NCBI RefSeq assembly: GCF_014857065.1
Contig: NZ_CP046533.1
Span: 150,001-182,000 of the forward strand
Length of the DNA: 32,000 bases
Reading direction: 5' to 3'
Origin: Candidatus Saccharimonadota bacterium
GTDB taxonomy: Bacteria > Pseudomonadota > Gammaproteobacteria > Enterobacterales > Enterobacteriaceae
Part shown: positions 8,325 through 17,258 of the stretch, piece by piece
Layout: every line of letters begins with the position of its first letter
Numbering within the stretch: the stretch's first letter is position 1
Made by a program: the position numbers and the translations under genes
The notes under the pieces: model-generated
The model's input: the letters and a program-made list of their open reading frames with translations, nothing else
The model's database searches: none
What the model was told of the DNA's origin: nothing

Positions 8325-10307
8325 TTATTCTAATTCAACATCAAAAAAATCCTGAAGTTTTTTAACACTTGAATCCTGTAAAATTTCCTTCTTAATCTTC
8401 GTTGATTTTTTATCATAAAGAAAAAAGCACCATTCTAAAGGAGTTTTAACTGATAAATCATCATTTATTTCTATATTTAGATTGATAATTATATTTAAAG
8501 AATCACTAAGTTTTTTTTCTATTTCATCTCTAACTATTTTGGAATTTAAATAATGAAATTTTGATCTTAAATATAAGCAAATTACATTAGAACTTATATT
8601 TTTTTTCCATGAATTTAAAGCAAGTCTTTTAGCTTGTTTGGATAAAGATAATTTATTAATTTGAGCGGACCAAGGGTCACGGATAATAACTTTTTTCATT
8701 AAAGAGAAAAAAATTTCATTATTTATATTTTCTTTCTGTACAGAAGAATTTATATTCAAAGAATTTACTAATATCGAGTTGTTTTTATAATCATCCTCTA
8801 CAACTTTCTGTGAATTTTTTAAAATATGTTGATTAATTTCTGCAAATCTTTTTAGTAAATTAACTACAGTTTTTTTACGACTTACTATAGGCAATATATT
8901 TGAGTCTTTCTCATTTTTTTTATTATTTTTATATTGATTTAAAATAGAACGAGCCTGTAATAAATTAACTGTATCTTCAGATATAAGATTTTTATTTGCG
9001 ATTAATGATGTTTGATTATTATCAACAACTACATCTTGCAAAATTAAATTTTTATTGGATACGCATTTCTTAACATTATCTACTAAGTTATTTTTTATTT
9101 TATTTATTTTTTTATTACAATATTTAGTAGTAACATTAATATCTTTACGTAACTTATCAAAATTTTTCTCATCCAAAAAATACATTGAAGAATCTTGCCC
9201 GAAATCTTTATTCGTTAAAGGATGAAATGCCAATGCCCGTAATAATGTCATTTCAATTCCCATACGATAATTTGGAGCAAAAGGTAACTCCTTTCTTCCA
9301 ATTAAAAGAATCTGATACAATAATTGTAAATCAGTTGGAATTAAATAATGACTTAATGTTCGTAAATTTTGTAATACTTTCAATTCTGCATCATTATCAA
9401 CTTGAATAGGTAATACTTGGTCTACAGCTAATTTATGTAATAAAGAAAGAATTTCCACTAAAAGAAATTCCCAATCAACTCCTAATAGTGCGCATTGTGA
9501 TACTTTTTTCATTAAAGATGAACCATCTGCTTGAACAAGTGCTTCCAAAATATAAAACGGCTGTTTCGGACTTAGTAAACCAAACATCTGTTTAACCACA
9601 TCTGATTTAATTTTATTATTTCCTAAAGCAATAGCTTGGTCAACTAAAGTCAATGCATCACGTATACTACCATTAGCAGAATCTGCTAATAATTGAACAA
9701 CATAAGAGTCATATTCAATTTGCTCTTTATTTAAAACAAAAATTAAATAATTAAAAATCTGATCTGCATTTAATGCTTTTAAATGCAACTGAAAGCAACG
9801 AGACAATACAGTAGCTGGTAATTTATATTTTTCTGTTGTAAGTAAAACAAATTTAACATATTCAGGAGGTTCTTCTAAAATTTTTAATAATGCATTAAAA
9901 CTATGACGAGATAACATATGCACCTCATCTATTAAATATAACTTAGAATCTGCAGAAACCGGACTATATTGCATATCATCTAATAAGTCACGTATATCTT
10001 CTATTTTTGTACGAGAAGCAGCATCAATCTCAATAAAATCAATAAATCGTCCACGTTCGATATCTAAACAATTTTTACACTTTCCACAACAAGGAAAAGA
10101 AACATTTTTCTCGATACAATTTAATCCCTTCGCAAATAGACGAGCAATAGTAGTTTTGCCTACACCTCTAATCCCAGTTAACAAATATGCATGATGAACC
10201 TTACCTAACGAAAACCCATTCGTTATTGCTGATACTACATGTTCTTGACCAATTACATCTGCAAATGTCTTTGGACGCCACTTAAGAGCAAGAACTTTAT
10301 AACTCAT
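8325..10307 (-). CDS. dnaX: DNA polymerase III subunit tau (possibly also gamma)
   Basis: I place the start at the ATG at 10307 (MSYKVLALKWRPKTFADVIGQEHV, matching the recalled E. coli MSYQVLARKWRPQTFADVVGQEHV). The 7-codon upstream extension in the track is probably spurious. Walker A GIRGVGKTT, the Cys cluster CCGKCKNC and the SRC motif (LSRCFQ) are present. The C-terminal half is N/K-rich and poorly conserved except for DPWSAQ..LSL and TPLEW. Confidence 0.93.
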   Translation of the reverse strand: MSYKVLALKWRPKTFADVIGQEHVVSAITNGFSLGKVHHAYLLTGIRGVGKTTIARLFAKGLNCIEKNVSFPCCGKCKNCLDIERGRFIDFIEIDAASRTKIEDIRDLLDDMQYSPVSADSKLYLIDEVHMLSRHSFNALLKILEEPPEYVKFVLLTTEKYKLPATVLSRCFQLHLKALNADQIFNYLIFVLNKEQIEYDSYVVQLLADSANGSIRDALTLVDQAIALGNNKIKSDVVKQMFGLLSPKQPFYILEALVQADGSSLMKKVSQCALLGVDWEFLLVEILSLLHKLAVDQVLPIQVDNDAELKVLQNLRTLSHYLIPTDLQLLYQILLIGRKELPFAPNYRMGIEMTLLRALAFHPLTNKDFGQDSSMYFLDEKNFDKLRKDINVTTKYCNKKINKIKNNLVDNVKKCVSNKNLILQDVVVDNNQTSLIANKNLISEDTVNLLQARSILNQYKNNKKNEKDSNILPIVSRKKTVVNLLKRFAEINQHILKNSQKVVEDDYKNNSILVNSLNINSSVQKENINNEIFFSLMKKVIIRDPWSAQINKLSLSKQAKRLALNSWKKNISSNVICLYLRSKFHYLNSKIVRDEIEKKLSDSLNIIINLNIEINDDLSVKTPLEWCFFLYDKKSTKIKKEILQDSSVKKLQDFFDVELE

Positions 10308-10364
10308 AATAACCAAAAACTTTATCAAATATATTCATTTATTTATAAACTAAATATACATTAA

Positions 10365-10916
10365 TTAATGATTTGCAAAAATCAATAAACTATGACTTTG
10401 AATACCAATTTTAGATAATAAAGTTGCACCTCCAAGATTCTTTAAATTTATAATAAACGCAGCATCTTTTACTTCTCCACCTAAACGACGTACCATTTTT
10501 ATAGCTGCTTCAACCGTACCTCCAGTTGCTAATATATCATCTATTATTAAAACTTTATCACCTGGAGAAATAGCATCACTATGCATCTCAAGAGAACCAA
10601 TTCCATATTCCAATAAATAATTTTCACTAATGGTATGACGCGGCAATTTGCCTGGTTTACGTGCTAATACAAAACCTAATTTTAATATTAATGCTAAAGG
10701 AGCGCCAAATAAAAAACCTCGTGCTTCAATTCCAACAATTTTAGTTAATTCATGATGACGATAATAATGTGACAACAATGCAATACTATCCGAATAAGCA
10801 TAAGGATTTTCTAGTAAACTAGTAATGTCTCGAAATAAAATACCAGGCTTTGGATAATCAGGAATAGATTTAATACTTTGTTCAATAAAAGTTAGTTGCT
10901 GATTTATGTCCTTCAT
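10365..10916 (-). CDS. apt: Adenine phosphoribosyltransferase
   Basis: The gene has an ATG start and encodes 183 aa, with [26 protein letters not shown] and the PRPP-binding motif [13 protein letters not shown]. It lies upstream of dnaX, as in E. coli. Confidence 0.96.
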   Translation of the reverse strand: MKDINQQLTFIEQSIKSIPDYPKPGILFRDITSLLENPYAYSDSIALLSHYYRHHELTKIVGIEARGFLFGAPLALILKLGFVLARKPGKLPRHTISENYLLEYGIGSLEMHSDAISPGDKVLIIDDILATGGTVEAAIKMVRRLGGEVKDAAFIINLKNLGGATLLSKIGIQSHSLLIFANH

Positions 10917-12075
10917 ATTTCAATACCTAAATACTTAAATATTACTGAAATAGATTATATACATATTTTGCTTTTTGACTCAATTAAATAACCAATGTAT
11001 ATAACATAACAACAAACTAGTTATTACTAACGTGTAATAATTTAAATTACTGATTACATTAGCATATCAAAACTTATGAAGAATCGCATTGTATTATCAG
11101 ATTACACTTTTCAATTCTAATTTTACATTTATATAAAACATCATGTAATATTAACAACATAGATACATGTTATTATATCTAAACAATAATAAACAAACTT
11201 TAAATAACATTGAATAACATTTCTCATTTCATAACTAAAATACAATAAAATAAATTCTTAAAATATTTCAAGATAATATCTAAAATTATAAAAGATATAA
11301 CTAACCTACTTAATTTATATAAAATAACAAATAAAATCATAAAATATAAAATAAATAACATAAATAATATGCTCCACCCTTAATTCAAATTTAACTTTAT
11401 TAAAATTCAGTTAATTATTTTATTCAAAATATACTAAACTTGACTGGATTCAATATTTATTTTTCAATATTATACCTGAATGCCTAGCTGTATGTCTTAA
11501 TTTAAGATTTAGTATATTTAGGATCCAACTGAAATAAAATAAACATTAAAAACTTTAAACAAAGTAAAAATTATAAATACAAAATCTGAATATGTCGAAC
11601 ATTAATTTTATATAAATTATTTCGTATAAGTATGTGAGTAAACATGTTGCAAATAAATTTAAAACCAATTAAGTTCTAAAATACAGTATTTGCTAATTCA
11701 TTAATACAATAACCTTCATAATATTAAAAAAACAAAAATTATTATTACATAATTTTTAAATAAATAGACAAAAGTTGAATACGATTAATATTTGAAAAAA
11801 AACAAATTATATCTAGTATATATTGCATACTGAAGATATATATGTAAAACTATTAAGCACTCGTTTTATATTTAGAACAAGATCCATAATAGGCTTACAA
11901 AGAAAACATTTTTAAAGATAAATCAAGCCAAAAGACTAATCTTATCCAATAGATAATTAAAAATTTGATTATTTTCTATTAAATAAGTTTAAATATAAAT
12001 CAATCTGTTGATTTAAGATGTGTCATCTATACTATAATCAAATATTTATATTACTAATTCATAAAAAAGAACACA

Positions 12076-12279
12076 ATGAAAAAAATTGATTATTTAATGC
12101 GATTAAGAAAATGCAGAACGCTTGAAACTCTTGAACGCGTTATTGAAAAAAATAAATATACATTATCTGATGATGAACTTGAAATATTTAATTCTGCTGC
12201 TGATCACAGATTGGCAGAACTTATAATGAACCAATTATATGATAAAGTCCCAATTTCTGTTTGGAAATACGTCCGATGA
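12076..12279 (+). CDS. hha: Hha/YmoA-family haemolysin-expression-modulating protein (H-NS co-regulator)
   Basis: The gene has an ATG start and encodes 67 aa. [52 protein letters not shown] is near-identical in pattern to recalled E. coli Hha. Its position and orientation relative to apt and lon match E. coli. Confidence 0.9.
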   Translation: MKKIDYLMRLRKCRTLETLERVIEKNKYTLSDDELEIFNSAADHRLAELIMNQLYDKVPISVWKYVR

Positions 12280-12488
12280 AAAAATTTTTCTTTTACTATC
12301 TCCTAATATCCATTCGAAATATACTCTAATTACTCGTTTAAACAATAGTTCATTATAAAGTAAGTATAATTTAAATAGAATCTGCAACATGGTAAAAATT
12401 ACATACTTAAATTAAATACATTAAATTTCATTCTTTGCGAAATAACTACCAAATTTTAATCACATGCTATAAATAAAAGATCAAAACA

Positions 12489-12602
12489 AAGAATCTCATT
12501 AGCAACAATCCTGGCAAGATATAAATCCCTGCTACGGCTGCTTCCTTCCAGACCTGACCGAGTTCACAAAGCTAATACAGCAGGCGTACCAATGAGATTC
12601 TT
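12489..12602 (-). ncRNA. ffs: 4.5S RNA (bacterial small SRP RNA)
   Basis: The minus strand contains GGTCAGGTCTGGAAGGAAGCAGCC, the SRP domain IV motif with a GGAA tetraloop; E. coli has GGTCAGGTCCGGAAGGAAGCAGCC. The terminal arms 12489-12500 and 12591-12602 are perfectly complementary (AAGAATCTCATT/AATGAGATTCTT). Internal pairings CCTGCT/AGCAGG and TGGTA/TGCCA give one long hairpin of about 114 nt. The gene lies between hha and lon on the lon strand, as in E. coli. The exact ends are uncertain by a few nt. Confidence 0.85.
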
Positions 12603-12972
12603 AAATAATTACTAAATACCAACAAAGCAATTGTCTTAATCAAAACCGCTCAAAATCTTTAATGTAAAACAAACCTTAATTAAACACATAATTAACTTAA
12701 CTAAATTTTTAAACTCTTAACTATAATAAACAAATGTTTTAAATCAAGGTACGAAATCACCTATATATTTTAGATATTCAAATATATAAACATAATTCAT
12801 TTTGCTACAAAACATACGACACTCATTAACGCACTGAATTAATTTATTACTAATTACGAACCTAACAACACCCAATGAACCCCGAAGAAAATTCAAAATA
12901 AAATAAAGAAATCTATGATCAAATATTGTATATCATTCTAACTACAAATAATAGAAAAAACACCTTTATATC

Positions 12973-15312
12973 CTATATATTACTAAAAGGAGCTTTTTTT
13001 AAAGCTAGAAACAAAACCTCATCTATCTGTTTTACTGTATGAATATCAAGATTATTTATAACCATATCAGGCATGTCCTCTAAATCACGCTTATTTTTAT
13101 ACGGAATTAATACAGTTTTAATACCTCCACGATGAGCAGCCAATAATTTTTCTTTCAATCCACCAATTGGCAACACTTGCCCACGTAAAGTAATTTCTCC
13201 AGTCATTGCTACATCAGCTTTAACAGAATTACCAGTTAAGCAGGAAACTAAAGCTGTACACATAGCAATACCAGCACTCGGACCATCTTTAGGAGTAGCA
13301 CCCTCCGGGACATGTACATGAATATCTCTTTTTTCATAAAAATCAGTATTAATGCCCAATTTATCTGCACGAGCACGAACTACCATTAATGCTGCCTGAA
13401 TAGATTCTTGCATAACTTCACCTAAAGAACCAGTATAAGTTAATTTTCCTTTACCTGGAACACAAGCAGTTTCTATAGTTAATAAATCACCACCTACTTC
13501 GGTCCATGCCAATCCAGTAACTTGACCAATACGACTTTCTTCCTCTATACAATTATAATCAAATCGTTGTACGCCAAGAAAATCTCTTAAATTATTACCA
13601 CTAATTACAACATATTTAACATTTCTATCCATTAATAGGTTCTTGACAGTTTTTCTACATAATTTAGAAATTTCGCGATCCAAATTACGAACTCCCGATT
13701 CACGGGTATAATAACGAATAATACCCATTAAGGCGCTATCTTTTATAGTTAATTCACCTGGTTTTAAAGCGTTACGCTCCAATTGTTTGCCTAATAAATG
13801 TTTACGAGCTATATTTAATTTTTCATCTTCTGTATATCCCGACACACGTATGACTTCCATACGATCCAACAAAGGTGCTGGTATATTCATTGAATTAGAA
13901 GTAGCAACAAACATAACATCAGATAAATCATAATCTACCTCAAGATAATGATCATTAAAAGCTATATTTTGTTCTGGATCTAAAACTTCTAATAAAGCCG
14001 AAGCCGGATCTCCACGCATATCAAAAGACATTTTATCAATCTCATCTAATAAAAAAAGAGGATTCTTCACGCCAACCTTAGACATCTTTTGAATTAGCTT
14101 TCCAGGCATAGAACCAATATAAGTACGTCGATGACCTCGAATTTCAGCTTCATCACGCACTCCACCCAATGCCATTCGCACATATTTTCTACCAGTAGCC
14201 TGAGCAATAGATTTACCAAGAGACGTTTTCCCTACACCAGGAGGACCTACTAGACATAAAATTGGACCTTTTATTTTATTTATTCTGTTTTGTACTGCCA
14301 AATATTCTAAGATACGTTCTTTAACTTTGCCTAAACCATAATGATCTCTATCTAACATTCTCTGCGCCTTAACGAGATCTTTTTTGATTTTACTACGTAT
14401 AGACCAAGGAACCGATAACATCCAATCAATATAACTACGAACAACAGTAGCCTCAGCAGACATCGGCGACATCATTTTTAATTTATGCAATTCAGCTTCA
14501 GTTTTTTCCTTAGCTTCTTTTGGCATTTTAGCTGCTTCTATCCTACGTCTAATAGATTCATTTTCATCCGGAACATCGTCCATTTCACCTAATTCTTTCT
14601 GAATAGCCTTCATTTGCTCATTTAAATAATACTCACGCTGACTTTTCTCCATTTGTTTTTTTACACGATTACGTATACGTTTTTCAACTTGCAATAAATC
14701 AATCTCTGATTCCATCAAGGTCATCAAATATTCCAAACGTTTAGTAACATCAATCATTTCCAAAACTGATTGCTTATCAGCTAATTTTAAAGGCATATGA
14801 GCAGCAATAGTATCCGCAAGACGATCAGCATCATTAATACTAACTAAAGAAGACAAAATTTCAGGAGGAATCTTTTTATTTAATTTAATATAACCTTCAA
14901 ACTGATTAATAACTGTTCTAACCAAAACTTCACGTTCTTTATTATTTGACTCAACATCCTCAAAAAAATCCGCTTCAGCAATAAAATGGTCACCTTTATC
15001 TGTCAATTCAATAATATGAGCACGCATCAAACCTTCTACTAATACCTTCACTGTACCGTCCGGTAACTTAAGCATTTGTAAAATAGTTGATATTGTTCCA
15101 ACTAAGAAAAGATCATTAACACTAGGTTCATCTGTTGAAGCTTCTTTCTGAGCTACTAATATAATTTTTTTATCACTATCCATAGCCGACTCAAGACACT
15201 TAATTGATTTTTCTCGACCCACAAATAACGGGATCACCATATGCGGATATACCACTACATCACGTAAAGGTAAAACAGGTAACTCCATATGTTTAGGTCT
15301 CTCAACATTCAT
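12973..15312 (-). CDS. lon: ATP-dependent Lon protease
   Basis: The gene has an ATG start preceded by AGAGAGGA and encodes 779 aa. Walker A GPPGVGKTS and the catalytic-serine motif PKDGPSAG are present. Long blocks are identical to recalled E. coli Lon, for example PVLPLRDVVVYPHMVIPLFVGREKSI and LQVEKRIRNRVKKQMEKSQREYYLNEQMKAIQKELGEMDD. Confidence 0.98.
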   Translation of the reverse strand: MNVERPKHMELPVLPLRDVVVYPHMVIPLFVGREKSIKCLESAMDSDKKIILVAQKEASTDEPSVNDLFLVGTISTILQMLKLPDGTVKVLVEGLMRAHIIELTDKGDHFIAEADFFEDVESNNKEREVLVRTVINQFEGYIKLNKKIPPEILSSLVSINDADRLADTIAAHMPLKLADKQSVLEMIDVTKRLEYLMTLMESEIDLLQVEKRIRNRVKKQMEKSQREYYLNEQMKAIQKELGEMDDVPDENESIRRRIEAAKMPKEAKEKTEAELHKLKMMSPMSAEATVVRSYIDWMLSVPWSIRSKIKKDLVKAQRMLDRDHYGLGKVKERILEYLAVQNRINKIKGPILCLVGPPGVGKTSLGKSIAQATGRKYVRMALGGVRDEAEIRGHRRTYIGSMPGKLIQKMSKVGVKNPLFLLDEIDKMSFDMRGDPASALLEVLDPEQNIAFNDHYLEVDYDLSDVMFVATSNSMNIPAPLLDRMEVIRVSGYTEDEKLNIARKHLLGKQLERNALKPGELTIKDSALMGIIRYYTRESGVRNLDREISKLCRKTVKNLLMDRNVKYVVISGNNLRDFLGVQRFDYNCIEEESRIGQVTGLAWTEVGGDLLTIETACVPGKGKLTYTGSLGEVMQESIQAALMVVRARADKLGINTDFYEKRDIHVHVPEGATPKDGPSAGIAMCTALVSCLTGNSVKADVAMTGEITLRGQVLPIGGLKEKLLAAHRGGIKTVLIPYKNKRDLEDMPDMVINNLDIHTVKQIDEVLFLALKKAPFSNI

Positions 15313-15405
15313 AGAGATCCTCTCTTCTCATTATATTGCTCTAATTTAGTTAAAATCAAACTTAAAGAATTGCTTTTACAAGCCAACTGTTATCGGGTAA
15401 TAAGT

Positions 15406-15433
15406 ATATGGGGGCAAATTAATCACATTCAAC
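15406..15433 (-). promoter_or_regulatory. Sigma32 (RpoH) heat-shock promoter of lon
   Basis: The minus strand reads GTTGAA TGTGATTAATTTGC CCCCATAT ACT. This is TTGAA, 14 nt, then CCCCATAT, which fits the sigma32 consensus CTTGAA-N13-15-CCCCATNT. The blocks GTTGAATGTG and CCCCATATACT match my recollection of the E. coli lon heat-shock promoter. The -10 element ends about 93 nt upstream of the lon ATG. Confidence 0.75.
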
Positions 15434-15565
15434 AGCCAAAATTATTTTTAAAATTAAAACAAATTCTTTCGTACATATCCTTAATTATTATATTATAGAA
15501 CAGGTAAAATACAACATAAACACATCTACAAATAAGCACTTTAACTATTAAAACTAATAAATACA

Positions 15566-16906
15566 TTACCAACCTGCTATTTTCATACTAGATAAAAGCA
15601 CTGACCCACAATGAACATTGCCACGTTCTTCAATATCGTTACTAATAGAAATAATATTAAGTAACATATTCTTCAAATTACCAGCTATAGTAATCTCGCT
15701 AACTGGATATTGAATTTCTCCGTTTTCTACCCAAAATCCAACAACACCACGTGAATAATCACCAGTTAATATATTAACACCTTGGCCTAGCAATTCAGTA
15801 ACAACAAGACCCCGATACATTTTTTTGATTAATGCTTCAAAAGTCACATTTTGGTGAGAAACGTACCAATTAGAAATTCCATTTGCATGACCAGTATTAT
15901 TTAAATTTAATTTACGAGATGTATATGTATTCAGAAGCCATGTTTGTAAAATCCCATCCTTAACAATACTACGATCTAAAGTTTGTACTCCTTCGTTATC
16001 AAACGGAAACGAACCAAGTCCTTTTAAAATATGAGGTTTCTCTTCAATAGATAACCAAGTAGGAAAAATATTTTTTTCAAGATAATTCAATAAAAAAGTA
16101 AATTTTCGATAAACATTATTACCATTAATAGCCTTTGCCAAACAACTAAATAAACTAGTAGCTATTTCAGCTATAAAAATTACCGGAGACTCCATTGTTG
16201 GTAACTGACGCGAATTTAATCGTTGTAATGTACGTTTAGCACACTCTTCGCCTAAAAATTGAGGAGATCGCAAATCATAAAAATGACGACTAAGAGTATA
16301 AGCATAACCACGCTCCATAGTACCATGATTTCCGGCTATTACACTACAAGATAATACATGTTGACTGCTTTTATAACTTTGTAACATACCATGACTATTG
16401 CCAAATACCGTAATATTAAAATGACTACTAAAATATCCACCTTCACTATGAATAATACGCTTGTCTCTTTTAAAAGCTATTAATTCTGCTATTGATGCTA
16501 AAGAAACAGCATGTTCAACATTTAACTCAATAGGATGAAATAAATTAAGATCTAAAGCATGAAATGCCAATAATTTTTTATCTGCTATTCCTAAACATGA
16601 ATCAAAAGAAGTATGATGCGCAATATCCAACGCAGAATTAACAGTATTAGATATGGATTTAGAATTAATAACGTTAGAGGAAGCGCTACCCTTATGCTGT
16701 TGAGAATAAACGGTAATTAATAAACTACCATCACTGTTACACTCCATGTTTTCTAACTTACCGTAACGAGTACTGATATTAATTCCTGTGGTTTTTGTCG
16801 CTAAAACCTCCGCTTCATCAGCCTTAATGCAAGCCAAATCTAAAGCTTGAGACACTGCTTTCTCTAATAGATTACATTGACCTTCTGCATCATCGATGAC
16901 ATTCAC
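15566..16906 (-). CDS. pmbA: Metalloprotease PmbA (TldE), partner subunit of TldD
   Basis: The gene has a GTG start with a strong SD (AAGGAG, 8-nt spacing) and encodes 446 aa. It is collinear with recalled E. coli PmbA (KTTGI.VSTRYG, GSASS, VFGNSHGML, VYRK.TFLL, GHA.GI.NW, ITGDYSRG..GFWVENGEIQYPVSEITIAGNLK). Confidence 0.94.
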   Translation of the reverse strand: MNVIDDAEGQCNLLEKAVSQALDLACIKADEAEVLATKTTGINISTRYGKLENMECNSDGSLLITVYSQQHKGSASSNVINSKSISNTVNSALDIAHHTSFDSCLGIADKKLLAFHALDLNLFHPIELNVEHAVSLASIAELIAFKRDKRIIHSEGGYFSSHFNITVFGNSHGMLQSYKSSQHVLSCSVIAGNHGTMERGYAYTLSRHFYDLRSPQFLGEECAKRTLQRLNSRQLPTMESPVIFIAEIATSLFSCLAKAINGNNVYRKFTFLLNYLEKNIFPTWLSIEEKPHILKGLGSFPFDNEGVQTLDRSIVKDGILQTWLLNTYTSRKLNLNNTGHANGISNWYVSHQNVTFEALIKKMYRGLVVTELLGQGVNILTGDYSRGVVGFWVENGEIQYPVSEITIAGNLKNMLLNIISISNDIEERGNVHCGSVLLSSMKIAGW

Positions 16907-17258
16907 TATAGTTACTCCTTTATCTAAATAGACACTTTTTAAAATATTGATTTACACCAACCTAACATTATAACGAACAAAATTGAATTTAAAATATTAT
17001 TTCTAACATATAACAAACCCGAAAATAGAAACAAATTTCCCATGCTATAACAATAACTTTAATTATTATTCAAAATTTAAAATCTATCTATAACATTTAA
17101 CTAATACCAATTCTTAAAACACTCTAAAATATTAAATATCTATAATCTCATTTTAATTAAATTTAATTCATGATATAACAAAAATGATCGACAACATCTT
17201 CTAATAGAAGATTACAACACAACTCAATAAATTCAAATTTTTAATAAAATAACATTCA

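Noticed and set aside
9185-9409. 74-aa ORF on the plus strand inside dnaX
   Set aside because: It lies entirely antisense to dnaX domain III and has no similarity to anything I recognise. It is a chance ORF.
10308-10328. N-terminal extensions or alternative starts offered by the ORF track (dnaX MIKFLVI-, tldD 18711-18749, accC TTG at 20251, mrdA TTG at 259, dnaE TTG at 31991)
   Set aside because: Alignment to the recalled E. coli N-termini supports the downstream ATGs for dnaX, tldD and accC. The mrdA and dnaE 'starts' are internal codons of genes that run off the window edges.
12603-12680. Candidate sigma70 promoter for ffs (for example TTGCTT-17-TATTTA abutting the RNA, or TTGATT with a 19-nt spacer)
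   Set aside because: The better-spaced candidate would start transcription inside the terminal helix. The other has a non-functional spacing. Neither can be distinguished from AT-rich background.
12603-12972. Possible hupB/ppiD pseudogene remnants downstream of lon, and tomB remnants upstream of hha (about 11700-12075)
   Set aside because: I translated short stretches by eye and found nothing resembling HU-beta or TomB. A tblastn search is needed, and I make no call.
15289-15498. 69-aa ORF on the plus strand overlapping the lon start and its upstream region
   Set aside because: It overlaps the lon start codon and runs through the sigma32 promoter on the opposite strand. The product is low-complexity, with no SD and no homology.
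17196-17212. Palindrome ATCTTCTAATAGAAGAT about 46 nt downstream of the tldD stop, as a possible terminator
   Set aside because: The stem is short (6-8 bp, 2 G-C pairs), and the nearest T-run on the transcribed strand is about 11 nt away. It is not a convincing intrinsic terminator.
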